Assembly: GCF_009914755.1 (NCBI RefSeq)
Contig: NC_060939.1
Strand: one strand, 5' to 3'
DNA from: the human T2T-CHM13v2.0 reference genome, Homo sapiens
DNA: 64,000 nucleotides
The notes under the pieces were generated by a model. That model had not been told where the DNA came from and did not search any database. It saw only the letters and a list, made by a program, of their open reading frames with translations. Made by a program: the position numbers and the translations under genes. Below, piece after piece: positions 30,238 to 43,810 of the stretch. Numbering within the stretch: position 1 is the stretch's first letter; each line of letters starts with the position of its first letter.

Positions 30238-30655
30238 GGTCTTAAACTTTACAGAAAGACAGTAGTGATGACGTTAACAGAAGGAGAGGTGAGAAGAGGA
30301 GATCTAGCAGCATTTGTTTAGCCGGCTATTATAAACATCAGGCTACAGACAAATCGAGAGATTGGGCCCAAGATACAGCTTTACTATTCATCCACATGGA
30401 CACACAGAACTTCTCTGAGGGAAGAAACCCAGGACAAAGTCATGTAAAAAGCTTAGTGGATGGAAAATTTAAGAAGAGTCAGTGAACAAACAATAGAGGA
30501 AATGGAGGGAGGAGGGATTAGAAACTTGAACATCAACAAGAAGGGACTAGGGCTTTCCTAGCATCAAAAGCAGAAGCAACAAATGTCTGTGAAGTACTTG
30601 CTTATTTATTTTCCTATGTGCCTCACCTTATCTTAAATTTCTTAAAAACAGGAAC

Positions 30656-30805
30656 AGCCAGCACGATGGCATGAACCTGTAATCCCACCTACTTGGGAGG
30701 CTGAGGAAGAGGAGATCACTTGAGCCCAGGAGTTCAAGGCCAGCCTGGGCAATATATTTAGAGATTGGCAACCCCATCTCTTAAAAAAAAAAAAAAAAAC
30801 AAAAC
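30656..30805 (+). mobile_element. FLAM (free Alu monomer)
   Basis: cctgtaatcccacctacttgggaggctgagg...gagcccaggagttcaaggccagcctggg followed by poly(A). Confidence 0.88.
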
Positions 30806-32749
30806 TTAAATATTATTTTTAAAAACCAGGAAGAGTCTAATTTATTCTTGTTTCTCCAGTGCATGGTCTGCAACTAAGTAGTCAAATAATATGGAAGAAA
30901 AGAGGGAGGTTGGAAGGTAAAAACGAAGTTAGGAGAGACGGAGAAAAAAACTAAAAACAGTTGGGTTGGAGATTCAGAGAGAGTGTTTTTAGTAGCATGC
31001 TAGAAGTAAAGCCAGATTGCAAGTGGTAAAAGGGATGACTAAAATAGAATGAAGACAATAGATACTGATTATTTTTTCAAAAGGGCTGCTGGTGGACAAA
31101 AATTGGGTGCTTACAGAAGAATCAGGGACTAGTTTTTGTTTGCTTTTATTGTGTTTACCGTGATGGAATACCACTTGATATATTGTTCTGATTGTTTCCC
31201 TGACATTTAAGGCGTTCAGTCAGTCTTGCCCTTATTCAAAAGTCTTTTTGGTTTTTCTCTTGTTGTTTCCCAAACTCTTAAGCCCTTGGGAGAAATTAGA
31301 GAAGGAACCCTAACTCAGGGTTTGACTAAGTTTGTCAAAGAACCAATTTCTTAACAAAAAAAAAAAAAAAAAAATGAAAGGAGACATATTTCCCCCAGTA
31401 GAGATTTCCAGAGGCAGAGAAGGAGGAGGAAGTAGAGAGAAAGCCAACTGTGGATTCCAAGAGCAGATTATGAGGGCTCTGCCTTGCAGCAGCCTCACAG
31501 AAGGAGCTGAGACCTGAGATTAAAAGGACTGTGTAATCTGTCTATGAATACAGGGCTTTGAGTAGGCTCAGCAAAGTTGCCTCCTGGTCAAGAAGTGTTA
31601 AAGCAGACTTCTTAATGGTGACCTGTGCAGACCAATAACCAAGAGAATCATTGCTGCCTTTTCTCATTCTCTCCTCATTCTCAAACCTTCCCACTGCATA
31701 AGATCCATTAGGAGGAAAAGGTAAATGCTGAGAAGAATAGAAGTTCCTTTTTTTCCCACAACATCAGCAAAATTGGGCTCTGAGTTGGAAATTAAGATGC
31801 GTTATAGAAAAGGAAGAGAGAGAAGTCATTAGCTGAGATCCACTGGAGCAGGTTTGTACGCAGAGGAGAAGGTGCCACGGAGAGTTCAGTACAAACCGGA
31901 AGCACCATGCTCTTAACTGGATAGCCCTGAAAGAGAAGGCAAGATAGCAGAGTCAGAACTGAAGTCAAATCTCCTCAGATGGCCTCTATTTTTAAGAGAA
32001 ATTTGAGGCCAAGTCATTGAAACAGAGAACAGAAAAGGTTTGAGAAAGCAACCTTGTGAGGAGTATGAAAAGACAAGCCAGTGTGTACACAGGTGAGCAG
32101 CAGACTGCCCAGCAGCCTTCTGAAAGCATGCAGTCAGTAATAATAGAGATCAGCATGGGTCTTTGCATTGATGTGTTGATTTATGTATGTATTTATATTC
32201 TGCTTTGTTCAACAAAGGATAGAGGTTGCTTGCAGGGCATACCTAAGAACAGAAAATAAAAAATAAATCAGAGGCAGAGAAAATATATAAATATATGTTA
32301 GGATAGAGTTCACAAGAAGGATGATCCAGGCAACATAATTCTGTGTGTTTCTGCAGCCCACAATCAGCCACCTGTACAAAGGATCAGAAAATGTTAACAT
32401 CTGGGGTGTTCTATGGGAACAGAGCAAGAACAAAAGGGAAAGTACCGAGGTAAAGCCATTAGCTGCTCATGGCACTAAGCTTTGTTCAATGAGTGAAATC
32501 AAAGTGGGGTGCATGGACTAAAAGAATGTAGGGGAGGGGCCATAAAACACATTAAGACAAAGACCAGAAAGAGATGGAAAAATATACAGGAGCTTGTGAT
32601 CAAAGACTGCATAGGACAGAGATATGCTCAGATGCTAGCTAAGGGAAGCCACTTAAGAGACTGCTGTGGACTAGGGAACAACGGCATATCCAGGCAATCC
32701 ATCCCTTCTGAGCTAAACAATGTCAGAATACTCAAAACATTCTGTGCTT

Positions 32750-33440
32750 TTAGCCATTGGGTCAATGAATATTTATTGATCCCCAACTATGTAACAAGCT
32801 AAAAAACTGAGGACAAAAATATTAATAAATAAGACAAGGTTCTTGACGTACTCTAACTCAATGGGAAAACAAGGTAAGCCAAGAAATGCAATGCAAAATG
32901 ATCAGTGACATAGTTGTGGATATGAGCACAATACTGTGGGAAGTGAGCTTAGTTCCATGCACAACTGCCTCACCCTGAGAAGTCAGGGAAGCATCACGGA
33001 AGGGACCTCTGCCCTGTGTCAGGAAGGATGAATTGGAATTTCAGGGAGGAAGCGTGACAGAGTGCAAGTGTGTAAAGGCTTGGAAGCATGAATGAGTACT
33101 ATGTGTTCTGTAAATAAAAAGATTCTGTGCGGCTTATTCAGAGTACTTAGAGGTGAGTGGCCAATGAGGCTAAAAAGAGAGGCTGGAGCAGACTGTGAAG
33201 GGCATTGTGTGCTGCCGTGTAACTCATGGGGACTGAGGAACCATCTGAGGTTTTTATCCGGGAAGTGACAAGGTCAGTGGTGTGGAACAATACCTCCGCC
33301 AGCAGCATGGAGAATATCTCAGTGGAGGAAAAGAGAGTAATCAGCGAGACCTGTTGGGAGGCTAATGAAACAGTTCATTTGAGAACTAAACTGAAGTAAT
33401 CATAGGTGAGGTATGTGATAGGTACTAGACAGACAGAATT
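32750..33440 (-). mobile_element. L2 fragment
   Basis: tcaatgaatatttattga...gaagtcagggaag...gtgtaaaggcttggaagcatg...ggaagtgacaaggtcag. Confidence 0.65.
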
Positions 33441-33607
33441 CTTAAGGGTGCAGCAAAATCAACCACCTTGTTCACTTTCAGGGCACTACAAATAAGCATA
33501 ATCTTTCAGGAAGGTGGCTGCAATATGTACACATGACTTTAAAAATGTTTGTACCCTTTGACCCCAGAATTCAATTTCTAGGACTCTACCTTAAGAAAAT
33601 AAATCAG

Positions 33608-33722
33608 GCTTGAACCTGGCAGGTAGAGGTTGCAGTGAGCCAAGATCGTACCACTGCACTCTAGCCTGGGTGACACAGTGTAACCCTGTCTCGGAAAAAA
33701 AAAAAGAAAGAAAAGAAAAGAA
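33608..33722 (+). mobile_element. 5'-truncated Alu 3' end with (GAAAA)n tail, within an old L1M 3' region (~33460-34290)
   Basis: gcttgaacctgg...gaggttgcagtgagccaagatc...; aaatcag repeated on both flanks. Confidence 0.9.
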
Positions 33723-33902
33723 AAGAAATCAGTTCTACAAAAGGAGATTTATGTTCAAGGATGCTCCCATCATGGTTTTTTTAATTTAAAAACATACTAC
33801 ATGTGCAATGATGGGAGAGTTGTTAAATAAATTATGGTATATTCATACAATAAACTACAATATAGGCATTAAAGAATATATTTTCAAAGAATATGTAATG
33901 GT

Positions 33903-34052
33903 AGTCAGGTGCAGTGTTGTGTGCCTGTAGTCCCAGCTGCTTGGGAGGCTGAGGTGGGAGAATTACTTGAGCCCATCTAAAAGAGTTCAAGTCCAGCCTG
34001 GGCAACATAGTGAAGTCCAGCTTCTAAAAAAAAACAAAAACAAAAAAGAAAG
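33903..34052 (+). mobile_element. FLAM (free Alu monomer)
   Basis: gcctgtagtcccagctgcttgggaggctgagg...cagcctgggcaacatagtga plus A tail. Confidence 0.85.
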
Positions 34053-36053
34053 AATACGTAATGGCATGTGAGAATCTCATAATAAAATATTTAGTTAAAA
34101 GGCCATAAACTGAGATACAGTTTGATATAAATTTTCTGAATATACATATGTATGAATTAAAATATTAGATTTAAATTCACCAAAATGTTAATTGTGCTCA
34201 TCTCTGGGTGGCAAGATGCTTCTCTCTACCTTTGCATGTCTTCCAAATTGTTTTCAGTGAATATGTATTGCTTATGTAATCAGTTATTTTTAAAAATAAG
34301 TGAATAATGCAAAACATACTTACAACTATAAAGAGAGTTTGAACTACTAGAGAAAACAAGCAGTTGAGAGATAAATAAGTCTGACTTGCAGGCATCAAAG
34401 ATGAAGCAAGTCTAGATAATCAAACCCACACTGACATTGGCAGCGGTGATGACATCGTCAAAAATTAAGAGCCTATGTTCTCATTGCTGCTTCATTATCA
34501 AAGATAAAGGCAACTGAAAGGAAAAAAAAAACCTGTTATTACAATGCTATCATAGGTACAACCGAGACACAGTTGGTGGATTTTTATGAAGATACTCTTA
34601 ATACATTTAGTGACATCCCTTTCTAATTTTATATCTTTTGGAAAATTCTCGACATAATGTACCCAGATTCCAAACTGTTATAAAACTCAAATAACCAGAT
34701 TTTCCCCTAGGAAAACCTGCAGTAAGCATTGCTTTTCATAACAATGGTACTGAAGTGCTGTTAGATATTTAGGTACTTACTATTATCCCAAAACTCTCAT
34801 GTGATATTCAGAGTAGTTTTTTTTTTCCTACAGTTAATTCTACAAAAAAAAAAAAAAAAAATTTCATGGGTGACATAATGGAGTTAATTATCTAAAATAT
34901 TCAATTAACCAGAGGCCCCTCCACAATTCTCCAACAATGCTAAATGAAGTAGATTTTGCACAAATGCATCATTTCTTAATTATCTTAGTAGCTGGTTGTT
35001 AGATGTGAACAAGCATCTATGTTATCCTCACTTACAGAAATGTTATTCTTAACCTGAACCTGTACAGCCAATAGGAGCTAGAAGAAGACATTCATCCATA
35101 CTGACAGGTCTCCCTTTAAATTCATGACATTCCTGACTAATAACTTTAAGCATGCAGTTCATGCGGCCCAGCAGGCATAGCACATTTCCCTGATTCATTT
35201 ACTATTCTACTCTCCTAGACAACAATTCTCCTCTCTCCTAAAACTTCTAACACCTCCTCCCCCATCTTCACTCTCAGCTCTTGACCTTGATTGCTATTTC
35301 CCTGAGAAAATAGAAACAATCAGAAGAGAACTTCCACAAGTTCCCACCAACACACAAGCAACTCCATCCGCCCACAAGCATCTGGGCCCAGATACACCGC
35401 CTTCTCTCCTTTACCAGGGATGAACTTTCCGTGTTGCTATCTAAGGCTGAACTCTCCGCCTGTTCACTAGATCCCAATCCTTTTAAATATTCAAGAACAT
35501 TGTTCCAGAAATTCCTCCCCTTTCCTTCTCCTGCATCACCATTTTCCCCCTCTTAGCCAGATCATTCCATCAGCATATGAACATGATGCTATTTCTCCCA
35601 TCTATGTTGCCTTCCAGCTACAAATTCATATTTCCATTCTTCTTCACAGCAATTCCTCTGAAGACTTATCTACACTCGTGTCTCTAAAACCTGTTCTCCC
35701 ATTCCCTCTAGAATGCTGTTTAATCAGGCGTTTGCCTCTTCCATGTTCCAAAACTGCTCTCCAGCAATGATGTCCACATTGCTAAATCTAATGGTCAGTT
35801 CTCTCATTTGACGCCTCAGTAACGTTTAACATCATCGTTCGCTCTGTCCTTCTGGAAGTATTTTATTAACTTCTCTCTCAGGACACCACACTTTCTTGGT
35901 TTTTCTCCTACTTCCCAGCCACCTAACATTTCGTACCCTAGGATTTGATATTCCCTCCCATCTTTCCCAGCTGTCTCCATGACTCACTCTCTCGCCTCCT
36001 TCAGATGTTTGCACAGATGTCACCTGCTCAGTGAGACGTTTCCTGTCCATACT

Positions 36054-36099
36054 ATTAAAAGTAATGGCAAAAACCGCAATACCTTTTGCACCAACCTCA
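36054..36099. mobile_element. Half of a MADE1 (Hsmar1-derived MITE)
   Basis: attaaaagtaatggcaaaaaccgcaataccttttgcaccaacctca followed by TA: MADE1 spacer plus one terminal inverted repeat. Confidence 0.9.
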
Positions 36100-36189
36100 T
36101 ATTTAAAATTGCAACGCATCCCTCCTTTAATACCCCTAATCTTTTTCTTCTCAGTACTTATTACCATCTCCAGCGTTATCTATTTTGTT

Positions 36190-37109
36190 TATCTGGCTAG
36201 AGGTTACTCTATATGTACCGTTTGCTGTAGCTGTAGGTAGCAGAAGTTAAACTTTCCTGTGGTATCCTTATGTTCATATCCTCTGTTGTCCTTGGGTTTC
36301 CCTAGAGACACCCCAAATACCTGAGATGCACAGTTCTTTCCCGTTGTTATTATACAGGAGCCCCATTGGTGCTGTGGTGAGGTGTGAGGGGAGAAGCAGC
36401 ATTCTATAGTCCTAGGATTGGGTCTCAGCCTTTTCGTGAGCCTGTGTCCCCAGCCTGTGACCTTCATGGGTGCTTCTCCGTTTTGCTTTGATTTGGTTTG
36501 GTTTGGGTTTTTCCCATAGAAGAGACAGGAAAGTTACTCAGGGCTCGAGTTGAGTTTTTTCCTTCTCCCAAGGCAGTTAGTCTCCAGGAAGACCCCGGTA
36601 GTTTAGACTCTGGTAAAATCGTTTCTCTTGAAGGCAGTCCTTGTTAGGAAGAACAGAATGCTCTGGGCACATTTCAAAATAGCTCATTTTCCTCTCCCCC
36701 TGCCAGAAGCACAAGGGGATTTTTCTCTGATCTTCACTATGAAAACCTGATAGAGCTCTTGAAGGTAAAACTCAGGAAAGCCTGGGGGCCTCCCTAAGAC
36801 TGGGCCCCTCTGGAGTTTTTAACTCTCAAACTTGTACACACTGAGCCTTCAGCAATTTGGCACTTACAGATTAGGTTTTCCTACCCCCATACTGGTTCCC
36901 ACTGAGTTTTAACGTAAGTTGTGATTCTCTGTATCTGCCTGGCTGGCTGGCTGGCCAATATGGGGGCAAAGTTTGCCCTATGATCTCAGTTCTCTGATGG
37001 ATCTAGAAAGAGTTATTGATTTTCAGTTTGTTCAGCCTTTTTCTTGAGAAAAAAAAAGCTTGAGAGATGACTTTCATGCTCCTTGTATGTAGGACCAGGA
37101 ACCAGAAGT
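36190..37109 (-). mobile_element. L1MC/L1MD-type 5'UTR fragment
   Basis: Reverse complement begins acttctggtt...aagaaaaaggctgaacaaactgaaaatcaataactctttctagatccatcagagaactgag, which resembles L1MCa/L1MDa 5' ends as I recall them. Confidence 0.7.
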
Positions 37110-37344
37110 TTATTTTACATATTTTATTCATTTGTTTCTATTATCCTTCTCACCTACTAAAATGTAAGTTCAAGAAGAGCAGGCATTCCTGTCTGTTTGT
37201 CCACTGCTTTATTCCCAGTGCCTGGAACAGTACCTGACACGTGGTAGATGCTCAGTTAATATTTCTTTGAAGAGATGGAATGAATGAACAAAGAATCTCT
37301 CAGTAGTTTCCAGTAGAGAAATTTGTTAGTTGGGACCATTGAAC

Positions 37345-37685
37345 ATAGACAGTCCCTGCGCCTGGAAAGGTCTTTCCTGTCCCCAGCCTTCCCCTTTACC
37401 TGCTTAACTCCTAATACATTCCTCAAGTTTCAGCTTATATGTCAGCTCTTCGGGTAAACCTTTCCTGAACTTTGGGTTGAAAATCATGGCACTCATAACC
37501 CTATTACCTGGCACACTTATTGTAATTTAATAATTAGATAATCATTTATTTAAATTTGTATCCATCACAAGGTTATAAGCTCTTTAAAGGCAGGTACTAT
37601 GTTTTGTCTGTTGATTTTGGTACAAGCAGCACCTAACAGACTGCTTGACTAGATGCTCAATAAATATTTGTTGTATGAATAAAGG
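37345..37685 (+). mobile_element. L2 3' fragment
   Basis: gcctggaaag...taagctctttaaaggcagg...atgctcaataaatatttgttgtatgaat. Confidence 0.75.
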
Positions 37686-37714
37686 CAACACCTTGTCTTG
37701 ACAAGACAACTGGA

Positions 37715-38234
37715 TTAGTACCACTTCACAAAGTCCTCTAGAACTTAGTGCCTTAAAACAACAATAATCATATATTGTCTCTCATGGATTCTGCAGGAAT
37801 TCAGAGTGGCTTAGCTGGGTGGTTCTGGCTGGGGAATTGCATGAGGTTACAGTCAAGAAATCAGCCAGGGCTGCAGCCATTTGAAGGCTTGAGTGGAGTT
37901 GGAGGAGGCATTTACACGGTGTATCTTCCACATGCAGGCTGTTGACAGAAGGTCTCAGTTCCTCCCCATGCAGGTGTCTCTGAAGGCTATTTAAGTATCC
38001 TCACAACATGGCAGCTGGCTTCCCCCAAAAGTGGACAACATAAAAGAGAGCAAATGGAAGTGGTGATATTTTTTATGGGCTATCTTTAGAGGTCACAGAT
38101 CATGACTTCTTGCCACATTTGGTGTGTTAAAAGTGAGTCGCTACCTCTGGTGGACATTGAAGTGGCAGGGAATTAGACTCCAGCTTTGAAAGGAGTTGTG
38201 TCAAAGAATTTATGGACATGTTTTAAAACCACCA
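37715..38234 (-). mobile_element. MLT1 (E/F-like) MaLR solo LTR
   Basis: aacttagtgccttaaaacaacaa...ggcttagctgggtggttctggct...ggacatgttttaaaaccacca. Confidence 0.8.
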
Positions 38235-39323
38235 AATAACCCATTAACAAATTAATGGATAAGGAGATGAGGAAAAATTTGATGTCATGACTCAAAATCA
38301 ATTTTCCCAGTTTTAGAATAGAGAAGCAAAAATAACTCCACAATAGTTTAAGAGCACTATAATAAAAAAAATCAGACAGTAGATTAATATTTGGGATTAC
38401 TTCTTTACTTTAATACCAACATGGATTCAGAAGTAAAATGTTCACAAATGCTTTGACATCTGAAAGCATCCTGGAAAAAAAATTTTTTTGACCAAATCCT
38501 GGAAGGTCAAAGGCCAATGGCCAGCACAGCTCTGCAGAAAATATCAGTGAGTAAAGTAAGGAATGAAACAATTGCAAAATAATAGCAACTTCTATCCTTG
38601 CAGAGTTTACAGTCTGTCCACTCATTGATTGCAGGGAACAGGAATATAGAATTTTGTTTTCTGCTGATTTATATCAGCCATACATCTGATCCTAGGATTG
38701 GAGAACTGTGCTGATAAAGGGCAAGGTAAGAATTTGAAAAAGGCATAACTTATACAAGCTATTGTAATAGTACCATCATACGTATTGCCAAGCAGAACTT
38801 TAGCACAAACCAAGATCCCTTAATCACTTTTTGTGAAGAAGAGGTTAGTATCAGTGTCCTGGCTCCCAGTTAGGGCATATACTGTCTTGTTAAAAATCTC
38901 TTGTTTTAATTGAGTGGTGCTGTCTCCTTCCCTTCCTTTCCTGGGCCATTTTTGAGCACGGAAGAATGGTTTGTGAACCATGTAAATAATAAATAACCCA
39001 TGCCACACCACATTCACATAAAAAATGGTGGTGACTCATAGTGGCAAGAAGTCCAGTTTTAAAAATGTGTGAGTATGTTTGTATTTCTTTTTCATCTGAA
39101 TTCCTACAAAGTAAAGATTTCACATAAGTGATTTTTCCATATGACAGAAACTTACTCCTTCAGGCACTCACACATTGTTATTTAATTTTAACTATTGTTA
39201 ATGGAAACATTTGTAAAATACCATAGATGATTCTACACTTTTAAACTAAGTATGCTAAACTTCAACCTTTTCTTGATGATTCTAGATTCTCTTCATGGTT
39301 ATCAAAAGTTGTTCTTTATTTTA

Positions 39324-39810
<487 letters not shown>

Positions 39811-40625
39811 ATTAAAGTGTAGACACTGAAACAAATGACTGTTTCAGCCCAAGAAGTGTTACATGGCTATGATTTTGGTATTCTTGTGTTTACTGTACCT
39901 GCATCATGATTCCCCAAAGCAGTTAGATTATGTCTAAAGTTACAGCAAATAGATCCTGAGTAAATGGATTCTACTTTAAAAAAAAGAAAAAAGTCTTACT
40001 TTTGTTCATATAGGTTTTATTTAAAATTCCACATATTTTTGATATCTGGAGTTCTCTTTTGCTTATTTTTTCCTTCTTTGCTCTTTTTGGCTAGTTGAGT
40101 TTGATAGATGGGAGATTTCTGAGTCACTGAAGTTTTATAATCTGTGTAACTTTTTTGAGCATGAACACAAATGCCATGAACATTTAATGTAATATTTCCC
40201 ATGTTGACTGTTTCTCAAAATAGATCTAGGTATATAAAAATATGGCCAATGCTGACATATTTTTTTCAGTGTGAGTACAGCCACTGAGATCAGTATAGCC
40301 ACACACCGTGGCCTACGTGGTTAAGTTTTCCAAGCATTTGGGGAAAGTGTTACATTGACATAGTTCTAATATTACCATCAGGCTTTAGAACATGGATTCC
40401 TAAGAAACCATAAGTTCAGCCAGCCACATTATAAACAGAGTAGATGGCACTGGGGGCATTATCCCTCCAGAGTTGTTGCATAAAGCAATGTGTCTCTCTT
40501 CCAAAGAAAACCCTTAACCTCACCTTCATAATTTCATCACAGAGCAAAAGAATAACTGAGCTACAGAAAATGCAGGCTCCAAATTTGACAGTGGTTCTGA
40601 AAGTCATTTCAGGCAATGGCTAAAG

Positions 40626-40803
40626 CAGTAGTTTCTAAATGCTGGACTGTGGCCGAGGGCATCAGACTTAGCTGGCAAACTTATTCCTAGCTCTGACATC
40701 ACACTACTGAAATCAGATCTTTTGGAGATGAGGCATAGGCATCTGTACTTTCAACAAAACATCCCGGTGATTCTCCTGAGCCGGCCATATTTGAGAATCA
40801 CTG
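40626..40803 (+). mobile_element. MER5A-like DNA transposon
   Basis: TIRs cagtagtttctaaa / tttgagaatcactg; internal ctactgaaatcaga and ccggtgattct. Confidence 0.8.
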
Positions 40804-41524
40804 GTCAAAATTAGGTAATTGAGATTGCCCCCACTCTGCACTATCTCACAATTGATAGAATGCTCCACAGAGAGGCACCGGACTCTACCATTCTCCCCCG
40901 TCAATAAACACTCATCTAACAATAGTACTCTGATTTCTATTCCTTCACCAACTATTTACTCAGCTCTTACCACATGCATTGTGATGGCTGCCAAATTTAC
41001 AATAATGAATAAGGCAGAGATGGTCTCTTCCATCCATGAGCTCAAAACCCAGCGGTAGGAGGAGGGGGAGGTGGTGTATTACATATTAAGCAAATAACCA
41101 TTAAAATTTCTGTATATCATGAGTGCTATAAAGGGAAACAATAGAGTGTTTGAGAAAGTATGACTAGTGTTCAACTATTAATGGATATGAGAGTTGTCAG
41201 AGAAGACTCCATCAAGAAATAACATTCAATTTGAGATTTGAATAATGGGCATCGTTTAGGACTATGAGCAATCCAAGATTAACAGCAGGTACACGTACCC
41301 TGCTGCAAGAGTTTCACTTCTTGCTTATGCTTGTTCTCAAATCGGAGTCTCGGATCCACTGAACAATGTGCCTTAAGGCAGCTTAGGAAAAGAACAGTCA
41401 GAATGAGAAGGAAGTCCACAGCACCAGTGGAGCCCATTAAGAAATCCCAGACCTGGATGTTTGTTTATTGTCAGTTTCCAATCTAGGGGTCTCTTAATCA
41501 GATTTTACATAGTTTAATCTAAAA

Positions 41525-41702
41525 CAGTGGTTCTCAATCTTGGCTGTACATTGGAATCTCCTAGGAAGCTTTTAAAAATTCTGATGCCTTGGCTTCACTC
41601 CTAGAAATTCTGATTTAATTGGTCTGTGGTGTAGTCTGAACATGAGGGTTTTCTAAAGCTTTCCAGATGATTCTAACGTGTAAACAATGTTGAGAACCAC
41701 TA
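41525..41702 (+). mobile_element. MER5-family (MER5A/B-like) DNA transposon
   Basis: cagtggttctcaa ... ttgagaaccact TIRs; internal ttctgatttaattggtctg. Confidence 0.88.
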
Positions 41703-42599
41703 CTTAAAATAGGAAAATATTATATCTAAATTTATCGACAAGGAAAGTCAAAGGAGAGTTATAACAATCTGTGTGTTTTATATATCCCTGTTGGAAAGTG
41801 AAGAACAGCTGCTAAAATTGAACCTTAAGTCACTAGCACACCAACCACTAAAGATGGCCTCATTGACTCTCTGCTTCACATACAGATGACTCTCTTCAGC
41901 ACCTGATTTGCTTTTATGAGGCAATCTTTTACGTCTATGGCTGTGTGTGCTGGGCTAAGAAAGAAGATGTACATGAAAGTTAGCAAAATATCTTTTCCCT
42001 CAGAAAATTTGAAGTCCATTTGGAAAGACAGGACTAACAACAACAAAATAATAAAATGAATACAGTTCAAGGTACTAGTTAAGACAACAGAAGTTCAAGA
42101 AATGGGGGCAAGAAAAGCTTCACTGAAAGCTGGGCTGATCAAAAGAGACAAGAATATATAGGATCTAAGTGATACGGGAAGAGCAGAAAAACCAAGGCAA
42201 AGCAGCAGGAATAACCATGGTAGAAAAAGAGAATAGGGAAGAGACCTGCCTCATCCCCCACAGTGGGAGTTGAGAGTAACAAGAGATCAGCAATCTCTCC
42301 TGCTGAAGTTGGTCAATGACCAGCAGCCATTGTTACATCTTGTTTTTCAGAGAACCATTCTTCTTAGGCATCTTCCTTCATAATGAAGAAGGGTGGTTTC
42401 ATTTTTCCATTTCCTTCTGTAGGAAAGATGACTAGCCATTGATTTCCAAATGTTTAGATGTCAACAGCCAGGTTTTACAATTTTTAGTTTCTCATAGATC
42501 CCCTTGTCCCCCTGGGCATAGGTAGGTAGAATAATCTCTCATATTCAATCTCTCAGGTATAAATTTCTCCAGATGACATACACAAAGGGGAATAAAATC

Positions 42600-42815
42600 A
42601 TAACTATTACATATTATGTGCTTACTAAGGCACTGGGGAACATGAGGTAACATACATTATCTCGTTTAATCTTCACCACATTTCATTAGGAAACTATGAT
42701 TCCCCATTTTTCAGATGAAAACCATGATGCTCAGAAACAGTAAGAGATTTGCCCAAGTTTGCACAGTAAGCAGTGGAACTGGCACTTTCGCCCAAGTTTA
42801 ACTTGTAGGTACTGC
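42600..42815 (-). mobile_element. MIR
   Basis: attatctcgtttaatcttcac...ccccatttttcagatgaaaacc...ttgcccaag. Confidence 0.8.
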
Positions 42816-43492
42816 CTTTTAAAAATTTTATAACAGACAAGAAATTAAGATTCTTGGTATTGCTTTACTAAATCCAAGACCTCAGCGATCACTGTGCAGC
42901 AGAAACATCTGTGGCACTTTTTTTGACTATAGAAGTTTGGACCATCCCCCAACCCCACCTCAGAACAACTGAGAATCTCCAAGGCAGGGCCTAGAAATCT
43001 ATATTTTTTAAACCCCACACATGATCATGACGTACAGCTTGGATGGAGAACAATGGGCCTATTCAGTGGCAAGGGCTGGGAAACATTTGTGTAGCTTAAA
43101 TGCTACTTCCTGTGCTTATATGCCGGTCTATACAAGGCTCCTCACTTTGAAATATGTGTAGCATTTTTCTATTTAAACTGTTGGAAACAACCATAATAAA
43201 GAAAACAGCGATGATGAAAACTAATAGAAGCAAGTTTGAAAAGACACTCTACTATGGAGAAGCTCAATAAATCCCAAGTTTGGGACACTTGTGAAATGTC
43301 ACCATTTCTAGTCAGTAATGGCCTATGGGATTGTTGCATTCTTCAAAAAGTATTAAAACATATTACACTAACCCTGTTTTTTTGGTTTGCTAATGTGCTT
43401 GTGGAGCTGAAGGCTGTTTGAGACTAACACAGTTGTTGATTTCAAGCTTTTCAGCATATATTTACTGCACCCTTAAAAATTATCTTCTTTAA

Positions 43493-43810
43493 GACCAGGC
43501 ACAGTGGCTCATGCCTGTAATCCTAGCACTTTGTGAGGCTGAGGCAGGCAGATCACGAGGTCAGGAGATCACGAACATCCTGGCTAACACGGTGAAACCC
43601 CGTCTCTAGTAAAAATACAAAAAATTAGCCGGGCGCAGTGGAGGGCTCCTGTAGTCCCAGCTACTCGGGAGGCTGAGGCAGGAAAATGGCGTGAACCTGG
43701 GAGGCGGAGCTTGCGGTGAGCTGAGATGCGCCACTGCACTCCAGCCTGGGTGACAGGGTGAGACTCCATCTCAAAAACAAAACAAAACAAAAAAAAACAA
43801 CAAAAAAAAA
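43493..43810 (+). mobile_element. AluY
   Basis: tggctaacacggtgaaaccccg and atggcgtgaacctgggaggcggagcttgc diagnostics; (AAAAC)n tail. Confidence 0.96.

Larger units (their letters stand above)
35080..37290 (+). mobile_element. L2a-like element, interrupted by half-MADE1 and an L1 5' fragment
   Basis: cacattgctaaatctaatggtcagttctc, cagatgtcacctgctcagtgag, and terminus gtgcctggaacagtacctgacac...gaatgaatgaa. Confidence 0.85.

Noticed and set aside
34446-34520. Possible C/D-box snoRNA (gtgatga ... ctga, ~70 nt apart)
   Set aside because: No terminal stem and no recognisable rRNA/snRNA guide; such short boxes occur by chance.
41283-41305. Small imperfect hairpin cagcaggtac-ac-gtaccctgctg
   Set aside because: Short, lies in degenerate L2-like sequence, and is not a terminator in a mammalian context.
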